Source: Candidatus Zixiibacteriota bacterium (GTDB taxonomy: Bacteria > Zixibacteria > MSB-5A5 > GN15 > FEB-12). Taken from it: 19,513 bases of DNA. Location: the NCBI GenBank assembly GCA_041742355.1, contig JBGSIV010000197.1:1-19513 (forward strand). Reading direction: 5' to 3'. Shown here one piece after another: positions 8,121 to 18,074 of this stretch. How positions within the stretch are numbered: position 1 is the first letter of the stretch; each line of letters begins with the position of its first letter. The translations under genes were made by a program, and so were the position numbers. The notes beneath the pieces are model-generated. The model was not told the origin of the DNA. It searched no databases and was given only the letters and a program-made list of their open reading frames with translations.

Positions 8121-8702
8121 GTGATATTGCTGCTGGATAATTACGATTCGTTCACCTACAACCTGTTTCAGTACCTGGCTGAGCTGGGGGCGGATGTGCA
8201 GGTGTATCGCAACGACCAGGTGAATCCGGATACAGTCGAGAAGATGGCGCCGTCGGGGATAGTCCTTTCCCCCGGGCCGGGGCGTCCGGAAAACACCGGT
8301 CAGATGAACCGGCTGATCGAGTCGTTTGCCGGAAAGCTCCCGATTCTCGGGGTGTGCCTGGGGCACCAGGCGATCGCGCAGGTGCATGGGGGGCGGATTG
8401 TGTATGCGCCCTGTCTCATGCACGGGAAAACGTCGGAAATCACACATGACGGATCGACGCTCTTTGCGGGGGTCGCTTGCCCCTTTACGGCGACACGGTA
8501 CCATTCGCTGGTGGTGGAGCCCGGGAGCCTGCCGCTGTCGTTCAAGGTGACGGCGCGGACGGCCGATGGAGTGATTATGGGGCTGGAGCACCGCTCCCAG
8601 CCTTTGTACGGGGTGCAGTTTCACCCCGAGTCGATAATGACTCCCGACGGCAAGAGGATGTTGCAGAATTTCCTGGCGGTGTGCGGGGTTGGGGTGGTGT
8701 GA
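8121..8702 (+). CDS. trpG: Anthranilate synthase component II (glutamine amidotransferase)
   Basis: Motifs DNYDSFTYN, SPGPGRP, GVCLGHQ, RYHSL and QFHPES; GTG start with GGAG SD. Confidence 0.95.
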   Translation: MILLLDNYDSFTYNLFQYLAELGADVQVYRNDQVNPDTVEKMAPSGIVLSPGPGRPENTGQMNRLIESFAGKLPILGVCLGHQAIAQVHGGRIVYAPCLMHGKTSEITHDGSTLFAGVACPFTATRYHSLVVEPGSLPLSFKVTARTADGVIMGLEHRSQPLYGVQFHPESIMTPDGKRMLQNFLAVCGVGVV

Positions 8703-8710
8703 TGATGCCG

Positions 8711-9151
8711 TGTCAAATCCCTCTCTGCGGAGGGTTGCCGATTGAAGTCGGTAGAGAAGTCGGTGTCGGCGCCCGCATTGATGGCGGCAAAAGGGATTTG
8801 ACCTACGTCACAGGCCCTGACCCACGGCTCACAGTCAAACACGCGAAGCCGTGTTTGAGCTACAGGGATAGAGTAAGGAGAAGTCGGGTTTCTCGGAGCT
8901 TGCGCTCCTCGGAACCCGACCTACGGAGATCGGGCGATGTCAAATCCCTCTGGGCAGATTGTTTTGAATTGAGGTTACTGAAGGAGTCGGCATAGGCGTT
9001 GCATGGATGGCAGCAAAAGGGATTTGACCTACGACTCAGGCCCCGACCCACGGCTCACCGTCAAACACGCAGAGCCGTGTTTGAGCTACCGGGATAGAGT
9101 AAGGAGAAGTCGGTTTTCCGGGGCCTCCGGTCCCTCGGAACCCGACCTACG
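8711..9151 (-). repeat. Tandem duplicated ~215-bp cassette (8711-8925 and 8938-9151), each copy made of three GTAG-footed REP-like hairpins
   Basis: A: GTCAAATCCCT...AGGGATTTGAC-CTAC; B: TCAAACACG-6 nt-CGTGTTTGA-GCTAC; C: GTCGG(G/T)TTTC...GGAACCCGAC-CTAC; same order in both copies. Confidence 0.9.
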
Positions 9152-9159
9152 CTGAATAT

Positions 9160-10176
9160 ATGATAATCGAATATCTCAACAAGGTTCTCCTGGGCGAGCA
9201 CCTGACTACGGATGAAGCGAAAGCGGCGATGAGCCTGATCATGTGCGGCGAAGCGACGCCGTCGCAGATCGGCGGACTGGTGATCGCGCTGCGGCAGAAG
9301 GGGGAGACCGCCGAGGAGGTCGCCGGGTTTGTCGAGGCGATGCGCAGCCACTCGCTGCAGATCGAGCTGGACGGTATCGGTGATCAGGCGGTGGACGGTT
9401 GCGGCACGGGAGGAGACGGGGCGAACACGTTCAATATTTCGACGGCCGCTTCGCTGGTGGTGGCGGCGGCGGGGATACCGGTGGCCAAACACGGCAATCG
9501 GTCGGTGAGTTCGAAGTGCGGGTCGGCGGATCTTCTGGCGGGAATAGGGGCGAATATCGATCCGGGGCCGGAGGTGGTGAAGCGGAATATCGAGGAAATC
9601 GGGTTCGGGTTCATGTTTGCGCCGAGGTTTCATCCGGCGATGAAGCATGCCGCGCTGCCGCGACGGGAGCTGGGTGTCCGGACGATTTTCAACATGCTCG
9701 GGCCGATGACCAATCCGGCCGGGGTGAAGCGGCAGGTGATCGGGGTGTACAGCCGGCAGGTGATGTACCTGATGGCCGAAGTGTTGGCGCTTCTGGGTTC
9801 GCACCATGTGCTGGTGGCACATTCGCGGGACGGGTTGGATGAATTTTCGATCACGGCGCCAACGGATTACATCGAGGTGAAGAACGGCTGGATCGCGAAG
9901 GGGTCGCTCGATTCGGAGGCGGTCGGGTTGCCCGAGCGGTATCCCGGCGTGCTCGAGGGAGGGGATGTCGAGCAGAACCGACTGATTCTGACAGAGGTGT
10001 TCGACGCAGAGCCATCGGCCTACCGGGATGCGGTGGTGCTCAATGCGGGGGCGATGATCTACGTGTCCGACCGGGTTGAGTCGATTCGCGAGGGGGTGCA
10101 GGTGGCGCAGCGCACGATTGATTCGGGTGCGGCGAAAGTACTTCTTGACCGGTGGCGGGATGCAACGCACTCTTAG
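9160..10176 (+). CDS. trpD: Anthranilate phosphoribosyltransferase
   Basis: Motifs DGCGTGGDG, NIST, KHGNRSVSSKCGSAD, RTIFNMLGP and GLDE. Confidence 0.96.
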   Translation: MIIEYLNKVLLGEHLTTDEAKAAMSLIMCGEATPSQIGGLVIALRQKGETAEEVAGFVEAMRSHSLQIELDGIGDQAVDGCGTGGDGANTFNISTAASLVVAAAGIPVAKHGNRSVSSKCGSADLLAGIGANIDPGPEVVKRNIEEIGFGFMFAPRFHPAMKHAALPRRELGVRTIFNMLGPMTNPAGVKRQVIGVYSRQVMYLMAEVLALLGSHHVLVAHSRDGLDEFSITAPTDYIEVKNGWIAKGSLDSEAVGLPERYPGVLEGGDVEQNRLILTEVFDAEPSAYRDAVVLNAGAMIYVSDRVESIREGVQVAQRTIDSGAAKVLLDRWRDATHS

Positions 10177-10179
10177 GGA

Positions 10180-11508
10180 ATGAAAGCAACCGACCCGCAC
10201 CCTGGTGAAACGCAGCAGTCCTCGGTTCTTCTTCGTCCCGGCCTTCGGGGGGCAATTTCCGACTACATAGAGAATGTTCGGCTCTTCTCGCGCAACGCCC
10301 GATTGTACCTGATCGGGTCGTTTCTTATGGGGATCAATTTTCAGGTGTTCAACCTGCTGTTGAATCTCTACCTGAAGGAGCAGGGGTATCCTGAAGGGGA
10401 TATCGGCCTGGTGGCGTCGTCGCGGGCGATCGGGATGACCATAATGGCGATTCCGGTGGCGGTGATACTGAGCAAGGTCAGGCTGAAACCGATTTTGCTG
10501 GCGACGGTGGCGATATTCGGGTTCTTCTCGGTGTTCATTGTCACGGTCGATCAGTTGATCCTGATGGTGGGGTTCGGGGTGCTGTCGGGGATGGCGTTTG
10601 CGTTCTACCGGGTCGCGGGCGGGCCGTTTTTCATGCGGAATTCCACGACCAAGGAGCGCACGCACCTGTTTTCGATGTCGTTCGGGGTGATGATTCTGGC
10701 CGGGATGATCGGGTCACTGGCGGCGGGGAAGACGGCGGCGTATTTGACCGGGGTGACCGGTGATCTGGTGGTGGCGTACCGGTACACCCTGCTGGGGGGG
10801 ATCGGGTTGTCGGCGCTGGCGCTGGCGCCGTTTGCGTTCATCAAGGCATTGCCGCCGTCGGCGGAGGAAAACCGGATTGTCTTTTCGGAGGAACGGTTCA
10901 AAGCGCGGGGGATGTTTTATTTCAAGATTACGCTGGCAAACCTGATAATCGGGGTTGGGGCGGGGTTGGTGATTCCGTTTCTCAACCTGTACTTCCGTGA
11001 CCGGTTCGGGTTGTCGGCCGACACGATCGGGTACTACTTCTTCCTGGTCCACGTGTCGATGCTGGCCGGGTCGCTGTCGGGGCCATTGCTGGCGCAGCGG
11101 TACGGGCTGGTCAGGACAGTGGTGTTCACCCAGTTAGCTTCGATTCCCTTCATGTTCGTTTTGTCCTACAGCTGGGTGCTGTGGCTGGCGGTGGCGGCAT
11201 TTATTGTGCGCGGGGGGCTTATGAATCTTGGCGTTCCCATCGTAACTAATCTGGCAATGGAACTTTCCGACAAAGATGAGCAGGGGCTGGTCAATGCTCT
11301 CCTGATGGTGTCGTGGACGGGATCCTGGATGGTCTCGGCGGCACTGGGTGGGGAACTGATCGAAAAGTACGGCTATACGGTTGCGATGAACATTACAATC
11401 GTGCTGTACATCGCGTCATCGCTGGTCTTCTACTGGTTTTTCCGGTCGTCGGAAGAGCGGCGCGATGAACGCAGCGGCTGGGTTATTCTGCGCGAGGAGC
11501 CGAATTGA
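10180..11508 (+). CDS. MFS transporter
   Basis: About 12 hydrophobic segments in two halves with MFS_1-like organisation; coupled to trpD (3-nt gap) and trpC (TTGA overlap). Confidence 0.88.
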   Translation: MKATDPHPGETQQSSVLLRPGLRGAISDYIENVRLFSRNARLYLIGSFLMGINFQVFNLLLNLYLKEQGYPEGDIGLVASSRAIGMTIMAIPVAVILSKVRLKPILLATVAIFGFFSVFIVTVDQLILMVGFGVLSGMAFAFYRVAGGPFFMRNSTTKERTHLFSMSFGVMILAGMIGSLAAGKTAAYLTGVTGDLVVAYRYTLLGGIGLSALALAPFAFIKALPPSAEENRIVFSEERFKARGMFYFKITLANLIIGVGAGLVIPFLNLYFRDRFGLSADTIGYYFFLVHVSMLAGSLSGPLLAQRYGLVRTVVFTQLASIPFMFVLSYSWVLWLAVAAFIVRGGLMNLGVPIVTNLAMELSDKDEQGLVNALLMVSWTGSWMVSAALGGELIEKYGYTVAMNITIVLYIASSLVFYWFFRSSEERRDERSGWVILREEPN

Positions 11509-12284
11509 CCGACATTCTGCACAAGATTGTGACTGAGAAGCGGGCGGAGGTTGAGGCGATGAAGGTCGAGGCCCCGCTGGACACGTTTCGGGACAAGATC
11601 AACCCGAATGTCGGGCTGGATTTCCGTGATGCGCTCACCGGGCCGGACAGCGTGCATATTATCGCGGAGATCAAGCGCGGATCGCCCTCGCGGGGGATCC
11701 TGTCGACCGAGTTCAATCCGGCGGTGCTGGCGGCAAGGTATCGCGACGGCGGGGCGGCGGCGCTTTCGGTTCTGACCGAGCGGAACTATTTTTTCGGACA
11801 CTACGAGTTTGTCAATATGGCCAAGAAGACAGCCCGGGTGCCGGTGCTGTGCAAGGATTTCATTTTCGACCAGTACCAGATTTACCACGCCAAGCTGATC
11901 GGGGCGGACGCGATTCTGCTGATTGTGCGGCTGCTCACCCATGATGTACTGCGGGATTTTCTGCACCGGGCCAAGAACATCGGGCTGGATTGTCTGGTAG
12001 AAACGCATACGCGGGAGGAAGTCCGGACCGCAATCGATTGCGGCGCCGATATCATCGGGGTCAATAATCGGGATTTGGCGGACTTTTCCGTGCGTTTGGA
12101 GACGGCCGAAGAACTGGCCCCAATGATTCCCGAGTCGGTGGTGAAGGTGGCCGAGTCGGGGATCAATAGTTCGGATGACATCGCGCGATTGCAGCGGAGC
12201 GGATACCGGGCGTTCCTCGTGGGGGAGGCCCTGGTGACGTCGGCCGATCCGGTGGGGCTGCTAAAATCGCTGCGAGGAGTATGA
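11505..12284 (+). CDS. trpC: Indole-3-glycerol phosphate synthase
   Basis: Motifs IIAEIKRGSPSRG, SVLTE, LCKDFI, GADAILLI, GVNNRDL and AESGI; TTG start. Confidence 0.96.
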   Translation: MTDILHKIVTEKRAEVEAMKVEAPLDTFRDKINPNVGLDFRDALTGPDSVHIIAEIKRGSPSRGILSTEFNPAVLAARYRDGGAAALSVLTERNYFFGHYEFVNMAKKTARVPVLCKDFIFDQYQIYHAKLIGADAILLIVRLLTHDVLRDFLHRAKNIGLDCLVETHTREEVRTAIDCGADIIGVNNRDLADFSVRLETAEELAPMIPESVVKVAESGINSSDDIARLQRSGYRAFLVGEALVTSADPVGLLKSLRGV

Positions 12285-12922
12285 TTCCATTTCGAGTAAA
12301 AGTGTGCGGTATTACCCGGCCCGAGGACGCCGCGGTGGCGGTGAAATATGGGGCGGATATGATCGGGATGATTTTCGCAAAATCATCGCCGAGGTTTGTG
12401 ACCGAAGAAACGGTTGAGACGATTTTGCCGATGATTCCCCCGGTGGTTTTTCGGGTGGGGGTGTTTGTACAAGACTCGATCGATGACGTTCTCCTGACCG
12501 GGGCCAAGTACGGGCTGGATTTTCTGCAGCTCCACGGGCGGTACAGCGACGAGGATGTCCGCAAGGCACGGCGGGGGGGATTTCGGGTGATCCGGCTGCA
12601 CCGCATTGAAAGCGAGGCGGATTACCGGGGGCTGCTGGTGGATCCGGCCGACTTGGTGCTGCTGGACGGCGGAAATCAGGAGGAGCCGGGCGGGACGGGG
12701 AAGCGGTTTGACTGGAGTATCCGGCCACCGTCAACGATAGTGAACCTGATGCTGGCGGGGGGGATAAACGCGGCCAATGTGGCGGAGGGAGTGGAGACAT
12801 TCCAGCCGCTGGTGGTTGATGTGAATTCCGGAGTAGAGACTGAGCCGGGGGTGAAGTCCCTCGACAAGTTAAAGCACTTCTTTGAGGTATGCAACGCACT
12901 CCGTTATGGTGAAAACACTTAA
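12281..12922 (+). CDS. trpF: Phosphoribosylanthranilate isomerase
   Basis: Motifs [30 protein letters not shown] and DVNSGVE. Confidence 0.95.
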   Translation: MIPFRVKVCGITRPEDAAVAVKYGADMIGMIFAKSSPRFVTEETVETILPMIPPVVFRVGVFVQDSIDDVLLTGAKYGLDFLQLHGRYSDEDVRKARRGGFRVIRLHRIESEADYRGLLVDPADLVLLDGGNQEEPGGTGKRFDWSIRPPSTIVNLMLAGGINAANVAEGVETFQPLVVDVNSGVETEPGVKSLDKLKHFFEVCNALRYGENT

Positions 12923-14108
12923 GAAGCAGCCTGACAGTCGGGGACGATTCGGCCCGTACGGCGGCCGGTATGTTCCCGAGACTGTCATCGCGGCGCTGGA
13001 TGAGCTTTCGCGGGAGTACCGCCGGATCACGAAAGATGCGGCGTTCCGGCGGGAGCTTAACGGGTTCCTGAAGGACTATGTGGGGCGGCCGTCGCCGTTG
13101 TACTTTGCGGAGCGCTTCTCCGAGGCGATCGGCGGGTTAAAGGTTTACTTCAAACGTGAGGATCTCAACCATACCGGCGCGCACAAAATCAATAATGTAT
13201 TCGGGCAGATCCTGCTGGCCCGGTTCATGGGCAAGGATCGGATAATCGCCGAGACCGGAGCGGGGCAACACGGCCTGGCGACAGCGACGGTGTGCGCCCG
13301 GTTTGGGATGCAGTGTGTCATCTATATGGGGGCCGAGGATATCCGGCGGCAGAAGCCGAATGTCGAGAAGATGGAGTTGCTCGGGGCCACGGTGGTGCCG
13401 GTGGAGAGCGGCTCGAAGACGCTGAAGGATGCTACGAGCGAGGCGCTGCGGGATTGGGTCACCAATGTCCGAAGCACCTTCTATATAATAGGCTCGGTAG
13501 TCGGGCCGCATCCATACCCGATGATCGTGCGGGATTTCCAGGCAATAATCGGGCGGGAGACGGTGACGCAGTGCCGCCGGATGTTCGGCGGGTTGCCGAA
13601 TGCGGTGGTGGCGTGTGTCGGGGGCGGGTCGAACGCGATCGGGATATTCACGCCGTTTGTCAGGCATCCGAAGGTGCGATTGATCGGGGTTGAGGCGGCC
13701 GGATTGGGCGTCAATTCGGGGCACCACGCGGCGACGTTGAGCAAGGGCAAGCCGGGGGTGCTGCATGGGACTTTCAGCTATCTGCTGTACGACAGCGACG
13801 GTCAGGTGGTGCTGCCGCACTCGATCTCGGCCGGTCTGGATTATCCGGGGGTTGGGCCGGAGCACTCGTTTCTCAAGGATACGGGGCGGGTGGAATACAA
13901 GTCGGTAACGGACGCTCAGGCGTTGGCGGCGTTTCACCAGGTGAGTCGATTGGAGGGGATTATACCGGCCCTGGAGACCTCGCACGCGCTGGCGTATTTG
14001 GTTAAAGACCGCCGGGAGTTCAAGAAAACCGATCGGATCGTGGTCTGCCTTTCGGGCCGGGGGGATAAGGACATGGGAATTGTCCGGGCGGCCGGGGGGA
14101 AGGAATGA
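12906..14108 (+). CDS. trpB: Tryptophan synthase beta chain
   Basis: Motifs [50 protein letters not shown] and SGRGDKD. Likely start ATG 12906 or GTG 12909. Confidence 0.97.
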   Translation: MVKTLKKQPDSRGRFGPYGGRYVPETVIAALDELSREYRRITKDAAFRRELNGFLKDYVGRPSPLYFAERFSEAIGGLKVYFKREDLNHTGAHKINNVFGQILLARFMGKDRIIAETGAGQHGLATATVCARFGMQCVIYMGAEDIRRQKPNVEKMELLGATVVPVESGSKTLKDATSEALRDWVTNVRSTFYIIGSVVGPHPYPMIVRDFQAIIGRETVTQCRRMFGGLPNAVVACVGGGSNAIGIFTPFVRHPKVRLIGVEAAGLGVNSGHHAATLSKGKPGVLHGTFSYLLYDSDGQVVLPHSISAGLDYPGVGPEHSFLKDTGRVEYKSVTDAQALAAFHQVSRLEGIIPALETSHALAYLVKDRREFKKTDRIVVCLSGRGDKDMGIVRAAGGKE

Positions 14109-14896
14109 ACCGTATCCGGAGCCTGTGGGCGAATCGTCCGGCGCACAGGAAGTTGCTGGTGCCGTTTTTTACGGCGGGGTATCCCGATCTGGCGACATCG
14201 GTGGAGTTGGTCCGGGCGGCCGTGGCGGCCGGGGCGGACATGATCGAGATCGGGATGCCGTTTTCCGATCCGTTGGCCGACGGGCCATCGATTCAGTTTT
14301 CCTCGCACATAGCGTTGCAGAACGGCGTCAACTTGAAGGGGATACTGGGGGCGGTCGCAGACCTTCGCCGAACGGTGGATACCCCGATAATCCTCATGGG
14401 CTACTTTAATCCGCTGCTGGTGTACGGGCTGGAACGATTCCTGCGGGATGCTCACCGTGCGGGTGTGGATGGGCTGATCATTCCGGACCTGCCGGTGGAT
14501 GAGGCGGGGGAGTACCGACAAGAAGCGGCAGCCCATGACTTATCGACGGTTTTTCTGGTTTCGCCGACTTCGGCGCCGGATCGGGTAAAACAAATTGACA
14601 AATCATCGACCGATTTTGTATATGCTGTAACGGTAACCGGGGTCACGGGGGCGGGCAAAGTTTTTGGCGCGGCGACCGATACTTACTTAAAGTCGCTTAA
14701 AAGAGTCCTGAATAGGCCGTTTGTGGCCGGATTCGGAGTGAGCACGGCGGAGTCGGCGCGGCGGATGGCCTGTTTCGCCGACGGTGTGGTGATCGGCTCG
14801 GCATTGGTCGAGGTGGTTCGAAGGGCCGGATCGAAGGCGGCAGCGGTCCGGGACGTGGAACGGTTCCTCAAGGAAATCAGACAAGCGCTTTCATGA
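14105..14896 (+). CDS. trpA: Tryptophan synthase alpha chain
   Basis: Motifs [38 protein letters not shown] and GFGV. Confidence 0.97.
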   Translation: MNRIRSLWANRPAHRKLLVPFFTAGYPDLATSVELVRAAVAAGADMIEIGMPFSDPLADGPSIQFSSHIALQNGVNLKGILGAVADLRRTVDTPIILMGYFNPLLVYGLERFLRDAHRAGVDGLIIPDLPVDEAGEYRQEAAAHDLSTVFLVSPTSAPDRVKQIDKSSTDFVYAVTVTGVTGAGKVFGAATDTYLKSLKRVLNRPFVAGFGVSTAESARRMACFADGVVIGSALVEVVRRAGSKAAAVRDVERFLKEIRQALS

Positions 14897-15183
14897 CGGA
14901 CAAGCAAATCGACAGGATTCGCGAGCGGATTGACGAGATCGACGACCGCTTGCTGCGGCTTCTCAATGACCGGGCGGCCCTGGTGGTTGAACTGGCCCGG
15001 GTGAAGCATGAGCATGGGTTGCAGTTGTTCGATCCGGAGCGTGAGCACCAGATCCATGCGCGGCTGGCCGAGGCGAACGGCGGCCCGCTCCCGCCGGATG
15101 CGGTGGCGCGGGTGTTCGAGCGGATAATCGACGAAGCGCGCCGACTGGAGCGCACGGAAGTGTACGACAAGGCTGAGGAGTAG
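14893..15183 (+). CDS. Stand-alone AroQ-class chorismate mutase
   Basis: IRERIDEIDDRLLRLLNDRA...K...DPERE...FERIIDE-R. Confidence 0.92.
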   Translation: MTDKQIDRIRERIDEIDDRLLRLLNDRAALVVELARVKHEHGLQLFDPEREHQIHARLAEANGGPLPPDAVARVFERIIDEARRLERTEVYDKAEE

Positions 15184-15192
15184 ACATCCCCG

Positions 15193-16206
15193 ATGATAGT
15201 CATCATGCAGGAGCAGGCAACCGACGCCCAGGTGCAGCAGGTTATTGGGAAACTGCTGGACATGGGGTTTGACGTTCACCGATCGACCGGCGCGGTGCAG
15301 ACGGTTCTCGGCGTGGTGGGCGACACCCACACGCTCGATCCGCGCATGTTCGAGATAATCGACGGCGTGCACGAGGTGGTCCGGATCACCGAGCCATATA
15401 AGCTGGCCGGGCGGACATTCCGGAAGCACAATACGGTGATCAAGGTGGGGCAGGCGGAGATTGGCGGGGAGAAGATCGCGATGATCGCGGGGCCGTGTTC
15501 GGTGGAGAGCCGGGAGCAGATCCGCAAGATAGCGCCGTTCGTACGTCAGACGGGGACCGACCTGTTCCGTGGCGGCGCTTACAAGCCGCGCAGCTCGCCA
15601 TACTCCTTTCAGGGGATGGGAGAAGAAGGGCTCAAGTATATGCGCGAGGCGGCGGATGAGAACGGGTTGAAGGTCGTGTCCGAGGTGATGGATCGCATGG
15701 ACATCATTCCGGCTTTGAAATACGTGGATATCATCCAGGTGGGGGCGCGCAACATGCAGAACTTCGCCCTGCTGAAGGAACTGGGCAAAATCGATAAACC
15801 GATCTTGCTAAAGCGGGGGATGTCGGCTACCTTACAGGAGCTTTTGATGGCCGCCGAGTATATCATGGCCGGCGGCAACCACAACGTGATTCTGTGCGAG
15901 CGGGGAATACGGACGTTCGAGAACGCCACGCGCAACACACTTGATATCTCGGCGATTCCCGTGCTCAAGAAGCTGACGCACCTCCCGGTGGTGGTGGATC
16001 CGTCGCACGGCACCGGCCTTCGCGACAAGGTGGCGCCGATGGCGCGGGCCGCGGTAGCGGCGGGCGCGGACGGACTGATGATAGAGATCCACTATGATCC
16101 GGACAAGGCGCTGTCGGACGGGGCGCAGACGTTGTATTTCGAGCAGTACGAACAGCTCGTGAAGGAATGCAGGATCATCGCCACGGCCGTGGGCCGCTCG
16201 CTGTAG
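15193..16206 (+). CDS. aroF: DAHP synthase type I-beta with an N-terminal ACT/ferredoxin-like regulatory domain
   Basis: Motifs [37 protein letters not shown] and DPSHGTG. Confidence 0.95.
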   Translation: MIVIMQEQATDAQVQQVIGKLLDMGFDVHRSTGAVQTVLGVVGDTHTLDPRMFEIIDGVHEVVRITEPYKLAGRTFRKHNTVIKVGQAEIGGEKIAMIAGPCSVESREQIRKIAPFVRQTGTDLFRGGAYKPRSSPYSFQGMGEEGLKYMREAADENGLKVVSEVMDRMDIIPALKYVDIIQVGARNMQNFALLKELGKIDKPILLKRGMSATLQELLMAAEYIMAGGNHNVILCERGIRTFENATRNTLDISAIPVLKKLTHLPVVVDPSHGTGLRDKVAPMARAAVAAGADGLMIEIHYDPDKALSDGAQTLYFEQYEQLVKECRIIATAVGRSL

Positions 16207-16271
16207 TTGCAGCGCCGGTCCAGGACGGGCCGGGCGGTACATCGGACAGTAGGAAAGCGGAAGCGGAGTCG

Positions 16272-18074
16272 ATGGCAAAGGACAAGTACAAGGCCCAGTT
16301 CGCCCACACGGTGGCGCAGGCGTTCCAGCACGTCTATCCGGGGGTTCACGAGGAAGCCGGCGACCAGCAGGTGTTCAACCCGGATTTCATTTACGACAAT
16401 CTCGAAAAGCCCAAGGATCCGAAGATGGGGCGGTTTGCCCTGCCGGTGTTCCGGTTCGGCAAGCTGCTTGGCGACAACCCGCCGTCGATAGCGAACAAGG
16501 TCGCCGGGGCGTCGCAGGGGAATGGCGCGAAGGGGGATCTCGTGCGGATCGAGGCGGCCGGCGGGTTCCTCAATGCGCGGGTCGACGAGTCGACGCTCGC
16601 GCGTGAGACGATCAACGACATCCTCACCGGGGGAAACAGGTACGGGGATGCGGATCTCGGGGCGGGGAAGACGGAGCTGGTCGAGTATTCGTCGGTCAAT
16701 ATCGCCAAGCCGTTCGGGATCGGGCATCTCCGGACGACGATTCTCGGCAATTCTCTCAAGAAGATATTCGCCAAGCTGGGTTACACCGCGGTCGGGATGA
16801 ATTACCTCGGCGACTGGGGGACGCAGTTCGGCAAGATGATTGTGGCCTACCGGATGTGGGGGCAGGAGCTCGATCTGTCCGAGAACGCGGTGGAGAAGCT
16901 GGTCAAGCTGTATGTCCGGTTTCACAAGGAGGCCGAGACGAATGAGGCGCTCAATGACCAGGCGCGCAAGGCCTTCAAGGATCTCGAGGACGGAGAGCCA
17001 TCGGCGGTGGCGCTCTGGCAGCAGTTCAAGGACTTGTCGATCGCGGAGTTCATGCGGGTCTATAAACGTCTGGGGATCGAGTTTGACCTGATCACCGGCG
17101 AAGCGGCGCTCAACGACAAGATGGACGGAATGATCGAGCGCCTGCGACGGGCGGGGCTGGTGTCGGAATCGCAGGGAGCGCTGATTGTCGATTTGCAGGA
17201 TCCGCAGTTGCCGCCGCTGCTTTTGAAGAAGGCGGACGGAGCGACGTTGTATTCGACACGCGACCTGACCGGGGCGTTCTGGCGCTGGGAGAAGTGGCGG
17301 TTCAGCGAGTGTCTCTATGTAGTGGCGACGCAGCAGGCGGACCATTTCCGGCAGGTGTTCCGGGCGGCCGCGATGCTCGAGGAGGCGGAAGGGGTGCCGC
17401 CGGCGGAGCGGTTTGCCCACCGTCTGAACCATGTCGATTTCGGCTGGGTGCGGTTCGGCGACGAGAAGCTGTCGACCCGGGCGGGGAATATTGTTTTCCT
17501 CGAGGATGTCATTTACAAGGCGATGGCGCTGGCCCGGGAGAAGATCAAGGAAAAGAACCCGAACCTCGCGGCGATAGACGCCACGGCGGAGATGATCGGG
17601 ATCGGGGCGGTGATGTACTCGCAGATGTCGGTGCGGCGCCAGAAGGATGTCGCGTTCCACTGGGACGAGGTGCTTAGTTTCGAGGGGGAAACGGGGCCGT
17701 ACCTGCAGTACACGCACGCGCGGCTGTGTTCGCTCCTGCGCAACTACGGCAAGGATGTGTCGCCGTCGTTCGATGCGGCCCTGCTGGCCGGCGAAGAGGA
17801 GCAGCGGGTGATCGAGGCGCTGACCGATTTCCCGGAGGCGATTGTCGATGCCGCGCGCAACTACGATCCGTTCTATGTGGCGAGCCACATGATCAAGTTG
17901 GCCGGCGTGTTCAACCGCTTCTACCAACGGAAGACGGAAGAGGGGCGGATCGATAAGATTATTTCGGACGACCCGGCGTTGACGGAAGCGCGGATCGCGC
18001 TGGTCAGGGCGGTGCAGGTGGTGATCAACGAAGGGCTGCGGCTTCTGGGCATACAGGCGCCCGAGGAGATGTAA
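16272..18074 (+). CDS. argS: Arginine--tRNA ligase
   Basis: Motifs NIAKPFGIGHLR (HIGH variant), NYLGDWGTQFG, LYSTRDL, KLSTRAG, GPYLQYTHAR and C-terminal PEEM. Start ATG 16272 after GGAG. Confidence 0.96.
   Translation: MAKDKYKAQFAHTVAQAFQHVYPGVHEEAGDQQVFNPDFIYDNLEKPKDPKMGRFALPVFRFGKLLGDNPPSIANKVAGASQGNGAKGDLVRIEAAGGFLNARVDESTLARETINDILTGGNRYGDADLGAGKTELVEYSSVNIAKPFGIGHLRTTILGNSLKKIFAKLGYTAVGMNYLGDWGTQFGKMIVAYRMWGQELDLSENAVEKLVKLYVRFHKEAETNEALNDQARKAFKDLEDGEPSAVALWQQFKDLSIAEFMRVYKRLGIEFDLITGEAALNDKMDGMIERLRRAGLVSESQGALIVDLQDPQLPPLLLKKADGATLYSTRDLTGAFWRWEKWRFSECLYVVATQQADHFRQVFRAAAMLEEAEGVPPAERFAHRLNHVDFGWVRFGDEKLSTRAGNIVFLEDVIYKAMALAREKIKEKNPNLAAIDATAEMIGIGAVMYSQMSVRRQKDVAFHWDEVLSFEGETGPYLQYTHARLCSLLRNYGKDVSPSFDAALLAGEEEQRVIEALTDFPEAIVDAARNYDPFYVASHMIKLAGVFNRFYQRKTEEGRIDKIISDDPALTEARIALVRAVQVVINEGLRLLGIQAPEEM

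Noticed and set aside
8711..9151. Possible CRISPR array or trp attenuator
   Set aside because: Only two long units with homologous interiors, no cas genes, no tandem Trp codons and no U-tract terminator.
16700..16735. ArgRS HIGH motif reads GIGH
   Set aside because: The first His of this motif varies in bacterial ArgRS, and all other motifs are intact.
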